The position numbers were made by a program, and so were the translations under genes. This document shows positions 12,601 to 24,956 of a stretch of 64,000 bases of DNA, piece by piece (position 1 is the first letter of the stretch; each line of letters starts with the position of its first letter). The notes beneath the pieces are model-generated. The model worked only from the letters and a program-made list of their open reading frames with translations, was not told the DNA's origin and made no database searches. Where the stretch lies: the NCBI GenBank assembly GCA_951406725.2, contig OX597827.1, positions 21,452,001 to 21,516,000 of the forward strand. Reading direction: 5' to 3'. The stretch is from Octopus vulgaris (Eukaryota).

Positions 12601-15600
12601 ATTTAACTGAAATTTTTCTGTCAATCCACCTGAAGATTAACTGCATTTGCAGTTAATCTTCTAAGATCAACTGGATTTCACTGATACATTGTTGAGATTA
12701 TCTCTTCAAAACTCCATGGCCATCACCTAAAACAATAAAATCATAATTCGTGTCTGCAAGATTCTGTCAATTTGGCCCTTTTATTATCTGCTGGACCAGG
12801 GACTGGGTGATAGAGAATACAAAATATAATCTGCTGCCACAGGAAAACCTATGAAAATGACAAATTTTCACCTGTTTCTTCTTCCAAATGAATTCTTATT
12901 TGAAAATATTTCTTTCAGGTACAGGTACTAATGCTTGTTATATTGAGAGACTGGAAAATGTCGACATTTGGAATGAAGATAAAAATGAACCAAAACAAGT
13001 GAGCGCCTTTAGCTTTCTCTTCATCTTTAGCATCACTGTTGTCTTGTTCTTTTCTTCATGTCTTTAGTTTTTTTATTTATTTCTGGCCGTAGACTGTGGC
13101 CTTGCTGGAGCACCACCTCAAAGAATTTTAGTTGAAGGAAGCAACTTCAAGCCTGGTACTTATTCTGTCAGTCTCTTTTGCTGAACCACTAAGTCACATT
13201 GCTGAAAACATTCCAACAACTGTTACCAAGTAATGATGAGGGGCAGACACACACACACACACACGACAGGCTTCTTTCAGTTTCTGTCTACCAAATCCAC
13301 TCACAAGGCTTTGGTTGGCTCAAGGCTATAGTAGAAGACACTTGCCCAAGGTGCTATGCTGTGGAACTAAACCACACAGCCACACTTGTGCCTATAAACT
13401 TTTCAGTAACCTCATAATTCTTTTTCCATCCACCCCCCACCCCCCTAAAACATTTCAGTGGTTCTGATGATATTGCTGACAATGTCTGTCTCAACAACGG
13501 TCAGCTGAAATAGATTTTTCTATGATTCAAACCTACTCAAGCTTCTTGCCTTCAAATATCTAAGAAAAATTAAGGCGGCGAGCTGGCAGAAACGTTAGCA
13601 CGCCGGGCAAAATGCATAGCCATATTTCGTCTGCTGTTACGTTCTGAGTTCAAATTCCGCCATGGTTGACTTTGGCTTTCATCCTTTCGGGGTTGATAAA
13701 TTAAGTACCAGTTATGCACTGGGGTCGATGTAATCGACTTAATCCCTTTGTCTGTCTTTGTTTGTCCTCTGTGTTTAGCCCCTTGTGGGTAGTTAAAAAC
13801 AAAATATCTAAGAAAAATGAGAGAAATGGAACCACACAAAGTGCAGATTGAACTAGACTTCAGTTCTCTACGAGCTATGCCCTTCTTGTGACCTTGTAAC
13901 ACTACTTCCTCCTCCTCCTCTTCCTGCAGTGGTTTTCCTTTTGTATTCTGCTCTCGTCTCATGCCTGGTGGTGTTGATACTTCCAAGTGATTCTGATGGT
14001 TCCAAATCCTTCAAAAGTTACATAATTTTTTTGTTTCATTTTCTTCTGCAAAAAGGTTATAATTAACACAGAATGGGGTGCATTTGGAGACGATGGCTGT
14101 TTGGACAAGATTCTAACAGATTACGACAGGCAGGTTGACAAGCATTCCATCAACCCAGGAAAGCAACGGTATGTATGTGTGTGTGTTATATATATATATA
14201 TATGTTTTTTTTTTACATATCTGTAATAGTTTAGCTTTTGTTTTTGTTTTCTGTCACGTTGTGTTAGTTCTGTGTAAAGTATTTGAAGATTTGTTGTTGG
14301 TGGTGGTGGTGGTGGTGGTGGTATGTGTAATAAAACATGTCAAACAACATTTTGTCATGAAGAAATGTTGGTATTTAAAAACAAAATCCCTTTCCCCAAC
14401 TGGGTGCAGGTCTTATTCTGTCCTTAAGAGGTTTGCTTCACGACCTTGTTCTCCTAGGTTCAGTCCCACTGCATGGCACCTTAGGCAAGTATCTTCTCTT
14501 ATAGCCTTAGGCAGACCAAAGCCTTGTGAGTGGAATTTAAGAAAAGGAAACTGAAGGGAAGCCTGTCCTACATGGATCTTTCAGTGATGCAGATTCAGTT
14601 GCTTGGTCAACTGTGTTGCCTGCCCCTGAACTAATATCTAAGTGGCCCAATATTCCACAGACGCGTACCTTTATCGTAATTCTCAGGCAGACAATATTGT
14701 TGTTTGTTCCTTCTCGAGCCATGCCTGGCTCATAAGGGTCGGTTTCCCCGGTTTCTTGACGTATAGGTTCCCCACCTGGACGGGACGCCGGTCCGTCGCA
14801 GGTGAGCTGCAAGATGCAGGGGAAAAGAGTGAGAGAAAGTTGTGGTGAAAGAGTCAGAAGTTTCGCCATTACCTTCTGTTGGAGCCACGTGGAGCTTAGG
14901 TGTTTCGCTCATAAACACACATCATCCGGTCTGAGATTTGAACCCGCGATCCCTCGACCACAAGTCTGCTGCTCTAACCACTAGGCCATGTGCCTCCACA
15001 GGCAGACAATCAGCAAGGCACAGTGACAAATGTGACTCAGTGTGTGACAAAGGTACTGCCTTGTTACACAATGTATGACAAGGCCGTATTAGGAAGTTTA
15101 CTTCCCGACATTGTCGTTCCAGGTTCAGTCCCACTGCATGGCAAGTATATTTGTATATGTATCAATGTGTGTGTGTGTGTGTGTATTTACATCTCGCTTC
15201 ACGCTTCAAACAGGTGCAGAATAAGAAAACCTCTACTTGAGAAACAGAATGGTTAGTGACAGGAATGGTATCTGACTCAAAAACAATGCCTCAAAACTAT
15301 TTGTTGGACCCATGCAAGAATGGTAAAACAATCATAAAGTTGCCATGGAAACCTCATCCCATTTTATAGAAAAGTACTGTTTGCACCTAAAATGCTCGCT
15401 GTGCCTAGTTTGCTTAGATTTCTTCTCTCTGTATGTGCACACATCAATTATTCTCATTCAATGTTCCTTTTCTATGCTGGCATGGGTTGGATGGTTTGAC
15501 AAAATCTAAGGCTGTGGGCTGGCAGAATCGTTAGCACGCTGGGTGAAATCCTTAGAACGTAACGACAGACGAAATACCGCTGAGTTCAAATTCTGCCGAG

Positions 15601-18111
15601 GCCGACTTTGCCTTTCATCCTTTCGGGGTCAATAAATTAAGTATTTGTTACGCACTGGGGTCGATGTAATTAACTTAATCCGTCTGTCTGTCCTTGTTTG
15701 TTTCCTCTGTGTTTAGCCCCTTGTGGGTAGTAAAGAAATAGGTTTGACAAAATCTGTTGTGCTGCATTGGGCCCCAGTCACCTGTTTTGGCTTGGTTTCT
15801 GTGGCTGGATGCCCTTCCTAGTGCCAACCCCTTTGCAGAGTGTGCGTTGGGTGCTTTTATTGTGCACTTGCACTAGTGAGGTCACCAAGTAATGTGCAAG
15901 ACAGGAGATAAGTGGGAAGAGGTGTTTGTGGGTGGTGGGGGATGTTATGCCAGGTATTGAGGGGGAAAATATATGAGAGAGAGAGAGACACAGGTGTCTT
16001 GCTACAGAGGGGATCCATGGTTACCCCATTTGTAAGGAACTGGAGAGAAGATAAAGATGGAGATAATTGGGATGCTTATAGTATATTATATTTTTTATTT
16101 TACTTTACAGATTTGAGAAGACAATATCTGGAATGTACATGGGGGAACTTGTCCGTCTTATACTTGAAAAGTTACGCAGACATAAACTGATTTTCAATGG
16201 TGTTGGCTCAGAAGAGTTATCGACTCGTGGACGGTTTTACACGAAATATGTTTCTGAAATTGAAAGGTAAACATGAAAATATTTCCTGACATATTTTCTA
16301 ATGTAAAATCTATGGTGTTCAATAATTTCTTTTCTCCTTTTTTTTTTTATTGGTTTTGTTGTTTATTTTTATGTTAGCAAAGAGAAATTGATGGAAAATA
16401 GCTTTTTTAAAAAAAAGTCCAATTTGCAGCAGTTGAAATAATGGCCTGTAACTCCTGGAAAGATCACTTCAAAGGTGCTGCATCATTATATATATATATG
16501 TATGTGCATGCATATATATTTTCTCAAACAAAAAACCACAGCATCATGCCTTTCAGGAGTGTATATACACTATACAGATGCAATATATGGATAACTTTTT
16601 TAATTTAATCTTGTTTCAATTGCATACCCTGAGTTTATTACAACCCAACAGGCTTTCCACAATATCAGTGAATGTATTTTTCACTATTTTCTATTTATCA
16701 GAAGAGACATTTTATTTACGCAATGTGTCAAATGGATACTTATCGTTGACAAGGTCCAAAAAGGCCGAAACATGTCTTACATTCTCATGAGTCACTGGCT
16801 GAAATAGTGTTCGCCTCACTCCCTTGTTTTAACACAACTTGTCTAGAGATTTTCTCTTGGATAATAATAATGAAATTATTGTATACAGTGCTCAGGTGCA
16901 CCACAACTTGTCAGAAAGTGCATATAGAGTATATGCAGTAATGCACAAATGTCTGGAAAGCGAACAATGTATGAGTCAGATACATGCTTGTGTGTGTATG
17001 GAGGGGAGAAAATCAGGTGTAGTGTTGGCGAATCTCAGAAAGCATGGAAGTTTTGAAGGATGCAGTGCTCCGACAACTAACAACTGACGCCAGCAGTTTG
17101 TTCCATGCTTCAGCAACTCTCAGTGCGAAAAAAAATGTTTCCGAAAGTCATGGGAGCTGTGCTGTTTTCTGACTTTGTAAATATGTCCACAGGTGTTAGA
17201 CGGGTGGAGTTTGAAAAGGTGCTCAGAGTTATTGTTTGTGCGATGGTTGATAATTTTATGTGTGTCTGCCAAGTCAGGTCCACAGCATCAGGCCTTTCAG
17301 GGGTGTATATATGTTACGTATGAAACACAGACGGTTACAGAGAGAAAGAAAGATCATTTTTGTCTGTAGTGTAGTTTTGTGTTTTAAACCTTGAAACACA
17401 TGCAAATTTTAAGAATCATTAAAATAGTATTTTTTTTATCCATTTACTTAACAGTTTTATTACATTCCAAAATGATTCTTTTCTTTGAATTACCATTTTC
17501 TTCTATATATTTAACGGTTTTTTTTTTTTTTTCGTCTTGCAGTGATATTGATGATAGCTTCAAAAATACTAAACAGGTCTTTCAGGATCTTAACTTAACA
17601 AACTTTATGGTGGAAGATTGTCGTATCGCTCAGTATGTCTGCTCAACTATTTCCACACGAGCTGCCTATTTATCTGCCGCAGGTAAGCGAAGGTTTCGTG
17701 AAATATTTAAACCTTTTTTTTTATGCAGCTTCTTCGATTGATGTTTTCAGATTAAGTGATTGTGTCTGTCCACAGCAGAGACAATAAGAACTACATCAGG
17801 TCAATAGATTTGGTAACTGTTCTTGGATATCCATTTATATATATACAAAAGTAAAATGTAACAGAAATTTCTGTTTAATATTTTCTCAAGATATTTCCTT
17901 GTAAACTGTTTTTAACATTTTCTTATTATTATCAAAGAATGTATATATGTATCTTAATACCTTTGTGACAACCAGTACTTATAACAACAAAGCTCATACA
18001 AAGATTTACATTTTACTTTTGACAATCTTTTTCTAAAAAAAGTGAAACTGGTCAAGTAAATAAACATCTTTAAAATTGCATTTTCAAACCTTCTTTCATA
18101 TATATATAAAT

Positions 18112-18154
<43 letters not shown>

Positions 18155-20460
18155 AATACATACATATATTTCCAGCAGTTTTATTTTCAGGCGGGACTTT
18201 TCACTGCTTTCAATTTGTTTCTTTAGGCGATTTGAAACTTTTGTACGCCGTCTCATAAGAATTTTCCTCTCTCTGGGGATTTTGTTCTTGTGTACAGTGG
18301 CCTTTCTCTCTGGGATATATACATACATATATATATATATGTGTGTGTACGTGTACGTATATATGTATACATATATATATGTGTATATGTATGTATACGT
18401 ATATATACATGTATATGTATGTATATATACGTATATATGTATATATACATATATATATACACATATATGGTGGATTCTACTGTCTTAGACAAAAAGTGAG
18501 GATTCTGCTACTTCTTGCAGAATAACCTGCACAAATGGTTTGTTGATGCAATGTCGTGCTGTGCATTAGCTCAATCCCTCCATCAAATCAGCGTTACCTG
18601 TACAGGTGCACAATGAGAAACTAAGCTTGGTCTACCTTGCCACTCTATATACACTTAATAACACAGCATCATTTCCAACGGACCGTTCATAGAACAGGGT
18701 TTTAATATGAGCAAGTGTTTCCCTCCTTTCAATTTGCTGATGGCTAGGGACCACCTAAGATGGTCTCTGAAATCTTTTGCTCAACTCATGCTACAAATAC
18801 ATATAGATGTAAATATATATAAATATGTTTAGTGTTTATTTAATTTAGTAAAGCAGTGTGTAGTCTTAAGAGGTACGATATAAGAAATATGTAGTGAAGC
18901 CTCAATAAAGTCTGTACCAATTGAAGAGGGACAGATCCTGGCTGTAATACGTACGTTTCAACCAGAATCTAATATTTTAGCCAAAGATATGACAGGTTGT
19001 ACTCTTGTTTCAGTCATTTGACTGTGGCCATGCTGGAGCACCACCTTTAGTCGAGGAAATCGACCCCCTAGGACTTATTCTTTGTAAGCCTAGTACTTAT
19101 TCTATCGGTCTCTTTTGCCGAACCGCTAAGATACGGGGACATAAACACACCAGCATCGGTTGTCAAGTGATGTTGGGGGGACAAACACAGATACACAAAC
19201 ATATACACATATATATATATACATATATACAACTGGCTTCTTTCAGTTTCCGTCTACCAAACCACTCACAAGGCTTTGGTCGGCCTGAGGCTATAGTAGA
19301 AGACACTTGCCCAAGGTGCCACGCAGTGGGACTGAACCCGGAACCATGTGGTTGGTAAGCAAGCTGCTTACCACACAGCCACTCCTGCGCCTATTTGTAA
19401 TATTGACTGATGGAGTTGTCTTGTAAATGTATTGCGGTTGAGAGCAATGGAAAGTCTTGTCAGGTCAACGTTTCACTTTTACTTCAATGTGTTGTTGTTG
19501 TTGTTGTTTCAGGTACTGCTGCTTTGATTCACAAGATGGGTCGATCTGAAGTCACTGTTGCTGTAGATGGCTCTCTCTACAGATTCCATCCTCATTTTCA
19601 TGACTTAATGGTAGAAAAAATTAAAGCACTTTGTCCCCTTACTAGAGTAAGTAGATTTCTAAGTTCATTTAACTGAAATTTTTCTGTCAACCCACCTGAA
19701 ACTGCTCCTGGTTTTTTGATACCAGTTCTGTTTTAACCCTTTAGTGTTCAGATTATTCTATCAAACATAATGCTTATTGATTCCCATTGATTTGAATTAA
19801 TCATGCATTATCTCATATCTTCAAGATCTTGATGGTGTAATTACTTAATGTAGAATAACATTGTAGGGTAGGTGTGAGAGCCTGGATCTGGTCAGTTTGA
19901 ACATAAAACAGATTAAATATTTTGGCCGGATATGGCCGGTTTAAATACTAAAGGGTTAAACATTAGCTTCATATCAGTTATTTTACAAAATTTTTATTTA
20001 AAAAGTTTAACAAAACAAAGGTAGTGGATTTAACTTTGAATGTTGTAATGGAAGGCTTGACCATTCAGCGTTTAAACTGGTCATATCCAATCCAAATATT
20101 CTAACCATTTTATGTTCAAACTGGCTGGATCTGACCCTTCACACCTACCCTGCAATATCATTCTAAAAATAATCGCATCATTGAAATCTTGAAGCTATAA
20201 AATAATGCATAATTAATTTTAAAAAAAAACAAAACAATTTGAATAAATAAGCAAACCTTTTGACAGAATAATCCGGATGCAAAGATGTCTTTTGGAATTG
20301 GGTTTTAGTTATTTCTAGTGTTCTTCTCTTCCTTTTCCAGTTTCGTCTGATGCTGTCCCATGATGGAAGCGGAAAAGGTGCAGCAATCGTTGCAAGTTGT
20401 GCTACACAAGAAGGCCAGAATCAAAACAACAATTCTGCATTAAGGGCGGAAGTTCATTGA
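4193..20460 (+). CDS. HK: Hexokinase, 5'-partial; join(4193..4332,6064..6279,11259..11358,12919..12998,14056..14168,16111..16266,17543..17682,19513..19646,20341..20460)
   Basis: Nine GT-AG exons join in frame and give hexokinase motifs in order: [50 protein letters not shown], [12 protein letters not shown], [21 protein letters not shown]-terminal exons not found in the window. Confidence 0.95.
6064..6279 (+). CDS. HK: Hexokinase exon B (LFDHIADC...[11 protein letters not shown]...WTKGF...IKRKG)
   Basis: tttag acceptor, gtaagt donor; sugar-binding signature; 216 nt, phase 0/0. Confidence 0.95.
6725..7122 (-). mobile_element. Non-autonomous Helitron
   Basis: On -: A|TCTTTATATATAAAAG...CCCGAACAACGCCGGG hairpin...CTAG|T; inserted in AT, no TSD. 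Confidence 0.85.
8390..8595 (+). repeat. Dispersed ~200-bp repeat, probable Penelope-like pseudo-LTR; copies at 28965-29165 and 55850-56040 in opposite orientation
   Basis: Three similar copies; the 55850 copy lies 3' of a GIY-YIG remnant on the same strand. Confidence 0.55.
11259..11358 (+). CDS. HK: Hexokinase exon C ([34 protein letters not shown])
   Basis: cttttag acceptor, gtaggt donor; catalytic Asp in NDT; missed by the ORF track. Confidence 0.93.
12447..12580 (+). pseudogene. Displaced near-identical copy of hexokinase exon H in the intron between exons C and D
   Basis: 12446-12634 matches 19512-19700 with 4 substitutions; donor kept, AG acceptor replaced by TG. Confidence 0.85.
12919..12998 (+). 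CDS. HK: Hexokinase exon D ([27 protein letters not shown])
   Basis: tttcag acceptor, gtgagc donor; GTGTNACY motif. Confidence 0.93.
14056..14168 (+). CDS. HK: Hexokinase exon E ([14 protein letters not shown]...INPGKQR)
   Basis: aag acceptor after a pyrimidine tract, gtatgt donor; NTEWGAFG motif. Confidence 0.92.
14695..15000 (-). mobile_element. tRNA-derived SINE family C
   Basis: tRNA-like head ggcacatggcctagtggttagagcagc...gggttcaaatctc, then a non-tRNA body and (AAC)-like tail. Confidence 0.75.
16111..16266 (+). CDS. HK: Hexokinase exon F ([16 protein letters not shown]...KYVSEIE)
   Basis: tttacag acceptor, gtaaac donor; EKxISGMY motif. Confidence 0.93.
16861..17277 (-). mobile_element. 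CR1-clade LINE 3' fragment
   Basis: Reverse complement of the 3' end of the 24316-24956 copy; (ATT)n tail. Confidence 0.85.
17543..17682 (+). CDS. HK: Hexokinase exon G ([11 protein letters not shown]...[16 protein letters not shown])
   Basis: ttgcag acceptor, gtaagc donor; RAAxLxAAG motif. Confidence 0.93.
19513..19646 (+). CDS. HK: Hexokinase exon H ([29 protein letters not shown]...PLTR)
   Basis: tttcag acceptor, gtaagt donor; VAVDGSLY motif; correct order and phase. Confidence 0.93.
19737..19955. mobile_element. piggyBac-type MITE; related copies near 1427-1555, 20060-20285, 60290-60516
   Basis: TTAA|CCCTTTAG...CTAAAGGG|TTAA. Confidence 0.85.
20341..20460 (+). CDS. HK: Hexokinase last coding exon ([21 protein letters not shown]...EVH*)
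   Basis: ttccag acceptor; DGSGKGAA motif; TGA at 20458-20460. Confidence 0.94.
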   Translation, partial: FRLMLSHDGSGKGAAIVASCATQEGQNQNNNSALRAEVH

Positions 20461-23400
20461 GAATAATAGTTAATTAGAAATCTGTGTCCATGTATGTTTT
20501 GGTGTGTGTGTGTGTGTGTGTGTGTACATACATATATAGGTCTCTCTCTCTCTCTCTCTCTCTCTCCTTTTATATATGTATGTATGTATGTATATATATA
20601 TATATTTGTAGATAGATGTATTTGTGTATATATTTAGCTCCTTGTGTGTGCATGAATATATATATGAACGTATATTACACACATATAATCACTCATATAT
20701 GCACACATACATCTACGCATTCATGCCAATATTCTCTTTCACACACACACCCACATACACACAAAGAGGTCCATATATATATTCATATATATATATATGG
20801 TTGAAATAATGTGTGAGAATTTTTAAAAGAAATAGTTTTCAATTCCAAAGAGAAAATGTTAATGAATTTTTTTTTTTTTTTTCTTAAGGAAACAAAAAAA
20901 AAAGAAAAGAGATTTGTCAGATTCTGATGTTGCTTCTCTCAAAGACTTCTCTAGTTGCACCTTACTCGTTGCTACGTATAATAGCTACTTTCAAACTCTG
21001 CTTCTGGACTGCCACCCTCAACTTGTTAACTCACTATCACAAAACTCAAAAGCATCTGTGTGTGTGTGTATTTTTATATATATATACATAGGTGATGGTA
21101 TGTATGTGAGTGTGGAATACGTGTGCGTGTGTGTGTGTATTTCTATACACACATGTATATATATATATATATATTGTGAATGTATGTGAGTGTCTCTGTA
21201 AATGTAACGATATATGTAAATATATATATATAAATACATACACACACACAGACACACATCTGGTGAAAGAGCAAGTAAGGGGGAGATAATCGGTAAATGT
21301 TCAGAAAATATGAATAACCATTAAAATTAGTCAAAATAATTAATCTTCATTTCCATCTTAATCTTGATTTTTGGGGGGGTCGGGTAGAGGGAGTGATATG
21401 TATGTTTTATTTATTATTATTCTTATTGTTTTTAAACCTTTTCTATGCATAATTTATTTGACATTCTTTCAAAAACGGTATTTCTTCTCGAGTGTATTCC
21501 CTGGTTCATTTCTTAGGTGTTACTACGGAAGAGCTTTTACGTTTAGTAAAGTTTTAGAATAATATATCCATGTCTGCTAAAATCTTCTTACATTTTTATG
21601 AGACATAGTTGATCAGCAGCGCTGGTTTATTTCATTAAAGCAAAAAGTATTTAGAATCTCTACCAAATTGAGAAAAAGAAAATAAATTATTCTAATTTTT
21701 TTTCTTTCTTATTTTAAAAGCATTTAAAAAGATTTTGGTTCATCTGTACAAATATCTGATAAGCAATGTCGTTTTCATTCTATCAAGAGTTACAAAATCT
21801 CTTTCAGTTTTGGTATCTTTCTATTTAAGGCAGTGATGAGCTTTTAGAATTGTTAGAATGGCAGACAAAATGCCAAGCAATATTTCTGGCTCTCTGTGTT
21901 CTGGTTTCAAATCTCGCCAAGGTCAACTTTGTCTTTCATCTTTTGGGGGGGTTGATAAAATAAGGTACCAGTTGAATACTGGACTCAATGGCACTGACTA
22001 ACCGACTTCCTTTAAATTTGTTGGCCTTGTACCTAAATTAGAACCCATTATCTCTCCATTTCGTCATCTTAATTGATACATTGCCATGATACCATTCTTA
22101 GACATTCTGCCACTTCAAAAGCAAGGTTTCCCTTGTCTAATTAGTTATATTTATAAAATAAGGATTGGAAACCTTAATTATTTCATCTAAAATTGATACT
22201 TCATAATTCATATTGAATATCACAGATGACTTACCAATATATATTGCAATATTTAAAACAAAAAAAAAGATTTTCAAATATAAACTTTCAGAACAAATCA
22301 GGAAATTGTTGACAGTTGAGCTTTAAAAAAGTGAATCTGACGCTTGTTTCTGTTGGATCTCATTTAGTAACAAAACAGCAATCATTTTTTTTTTTTTTTT
22401 TTTTTTTTTTTTCCACCTTGAAAAGTTCCTTTTATTTGTAAATAGTTCTTAGAACGTTTGTCCCTCTTTGATGACTTAGGAAACATTAGAAATATCAGTC
22501 CAAAAACTTTAACATTGGCAGTAATTTCAAACACTTTGGCTTAGTCATCCAAATGTTCATATAATTAGGTATTGTCTATTTGGAGGTTTTTTTTTTTTCC
22601 GCCCCCTTCTCACCAGAATTAGATTATTAAGTAGGTTAACGAATCTGTGCTTTGGAGGAGAGAATGGCTGCATTTCTTGTAATAAATATGATGATGATGA
22701 TATTTATAAAACTACCTTCAGAATCCATACTGTGATATCATCTTACCTGTCGATAAACATTTAAATCAATGCGTATAAAATGTTTTGTGATTTATTTTGT
22801 GTGTGTGTGTTTAGTTTAATATTTGATGGCTTAAAAGCTATTTAGAATAACTTTTAATTAATTATTCATCACTTGCACAAAAAGAAGTAAAAATTCAACT
22901 TAGACTTCAGTTGGTGGAGAAATAAATATAAAAATAGTTTCTTTTTCAAGAAGCAAATACCATTATTGTCTCTCATCTTAAATATTTTGGCAGAAATACT
23001 TTTTCCTAAATTTATTTAATAAAAGCTATATTTACATTTTTTTTTTTTCCAATTTATTGGTATTAGATGTTAATTAAATAATACTTTTTTTATCAGGATA
23101 TTTATCTAGTCTTCACAGTTCAGAAAGAAAGATTATTTCACAAAACAATGCAAATATATATTTTGAACAATCAGCAAAACAGAACTTAGTAATGTCTCTT
23201 TTTAAAGATATCAGTTAAAAACACCATAATTATGTTAGAAACAATGGTTTTATTACATTAAGGCTGTTCTAAAAGATCCCTTAATTATCATATTAATCAT
23301 CAGTGCCCTTAGTTAACAAGGAAAATAAAGTGGGTTTTTATTAGATTTTATTCAGATCACCACACACACACACACATTCTATTTTTAGCTTGTCAATGAA

Positions 23401-23669
23401 GTTGTTGGTAATAAAAAAAGGCTTCTTTCTTCATCTCTCTCTCTCTCTCTCCTATTGTGGGCCAAAAATGGGGTTGTTTGTTATTAATAATTTTAAGTAT
23501 CTTTCAAAGATGAAAAAGAAAAAGCTATTGTTTATTCTGTTTTGTTATGAATATGTTTTTTTTTCTTTTTTTTTTTTCCTTTTTGAATCAAATTTTATTT
23601 TTTCCAATGTTAGACTATATTACTCTTAAATGATTCTGTACAACATTGCTTAACAAATTATTATGGAGA

Positions 23670-23675
23670 AATAAA
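23670..23675 (+). promoter_or_regulatory. Candidate hexokinase polyadenylation signal
   Basis: AATAAA followed by ATTAAA and T-rich sequence; other AATAAA occur upstream, so the true end is uncertain. Confidence 0.3.
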
Positions 23676-24315
23676 AGAATTAAAAACATTTTTAATGTTT
23701 ATATTTTTCTTTGAAATTTAAGTGAATTTAAAAATAGTTATTTCTGCTCTTAAAATAGGACATGACATAAACAAACCACAGAACACTACGACTGATTTCA
23801 ATGCGTGAGAAATATTTAGTGAAAATCTCCTGAGACAGATACGCATTTAAATGCAACACAAGGGGAAACAAGACAAATTTAAATAATTCCAAAGTGACAC
23901 AAGTTTACAATTTGTCCTCATTGGGTCTTTGTTTTAATTAGTTTAGTCTAATAAGTTATCCCATGTATTTAACATTAAAACAAACCTTGCTTTTCCTTCC
24001 ATCATAACCTTTTTTTTTTTTTTTTAAATCCTAATCTTTGGTTTTCTACAATGGTCTAGTTTAAACTGGTTTGCAACAGAGTAATATATATATCCATGCC
24101 CCTCAATTCTGGTCCTTTCTTTCAGATAAAGAATTCTTTAATTCTTCAATGAGAACTACAATTTGTCTTCAACTCCCTACATTCTACAAAACTACAATAA
24201 ACAGGAAATAGCTTAAAACCATAGACATTTAGCTGCATGCTAAATGTCTATGAATTAGACTATTAAGTAGGTTAACGAATCTGTGCTTTGGAGGAGAGAA
24301 TGGCTGCATCTCTTG

Positions 24316-24956
24316 AGCCACTCTCCGGCTATCTATCTGCGGCTATATATAGGTATGGTACGACCTCACCTGGAATTTGCATCACCGGTCTGGAACCCCT
24401 ATCTTGCCCAGGATATTAATCGTCTGGAAGCCGTTCAGCGACGTGCAACCAAAAGAACACCCTCCATCAGGCATTTGCCATATTCTGAATGCCTTACTTC
24501 CCTGAGCATGGACACATTGAAACTCCGACGTCTGGCAGCTGACTTGGCAAACACCCATAAAATTATTAACCATCTTACAAACAATAACTCTGAGCACCTT
24601 TTCAAACTCCATCTGTCTAACACCCGTGGACATATTTACAAAGTCAGAAAACAGCACAGCTCCCATGACTTTTGAAAACATTTTTTCATGCTGAGAGTTG
24701 CTGAAGCATGGAACAAACTGCCAGCATCAGTTGTTAGTTGTCGGAGCACTGCATCCTTCAAAACTTCCGTGCTTCCTGAGATTCGCCAACACTACACCTG
24801 ATCTTCTCCCCTCCATACACATGCAAGCATGTATCTGACTCACACACTGTGCACTTCCCAGACATTTGTACATTACTGCATACACTTTATACACACTTTC
24901 TGACAAGTTGTGGTGCACCTGAGCACTGTATATAATAATTTCATTATTATTATTTT
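24316..24956 (+). mobile_element. 5'-truncated CR1-clade LINE
   Basis: ORF2 C-terminus VRPHLEFASPVWNP...LEAVQRRATK...TRGHIYK, 3' UTR and (ATT)n tail. Confidence 0.9.

Noticed and set aside
12374-12610. Second hexokinase gene suggested by ORF 12374..12610
   Set aside because: Only one exon is duplicated; all other exons are single copy and form one collinear gene
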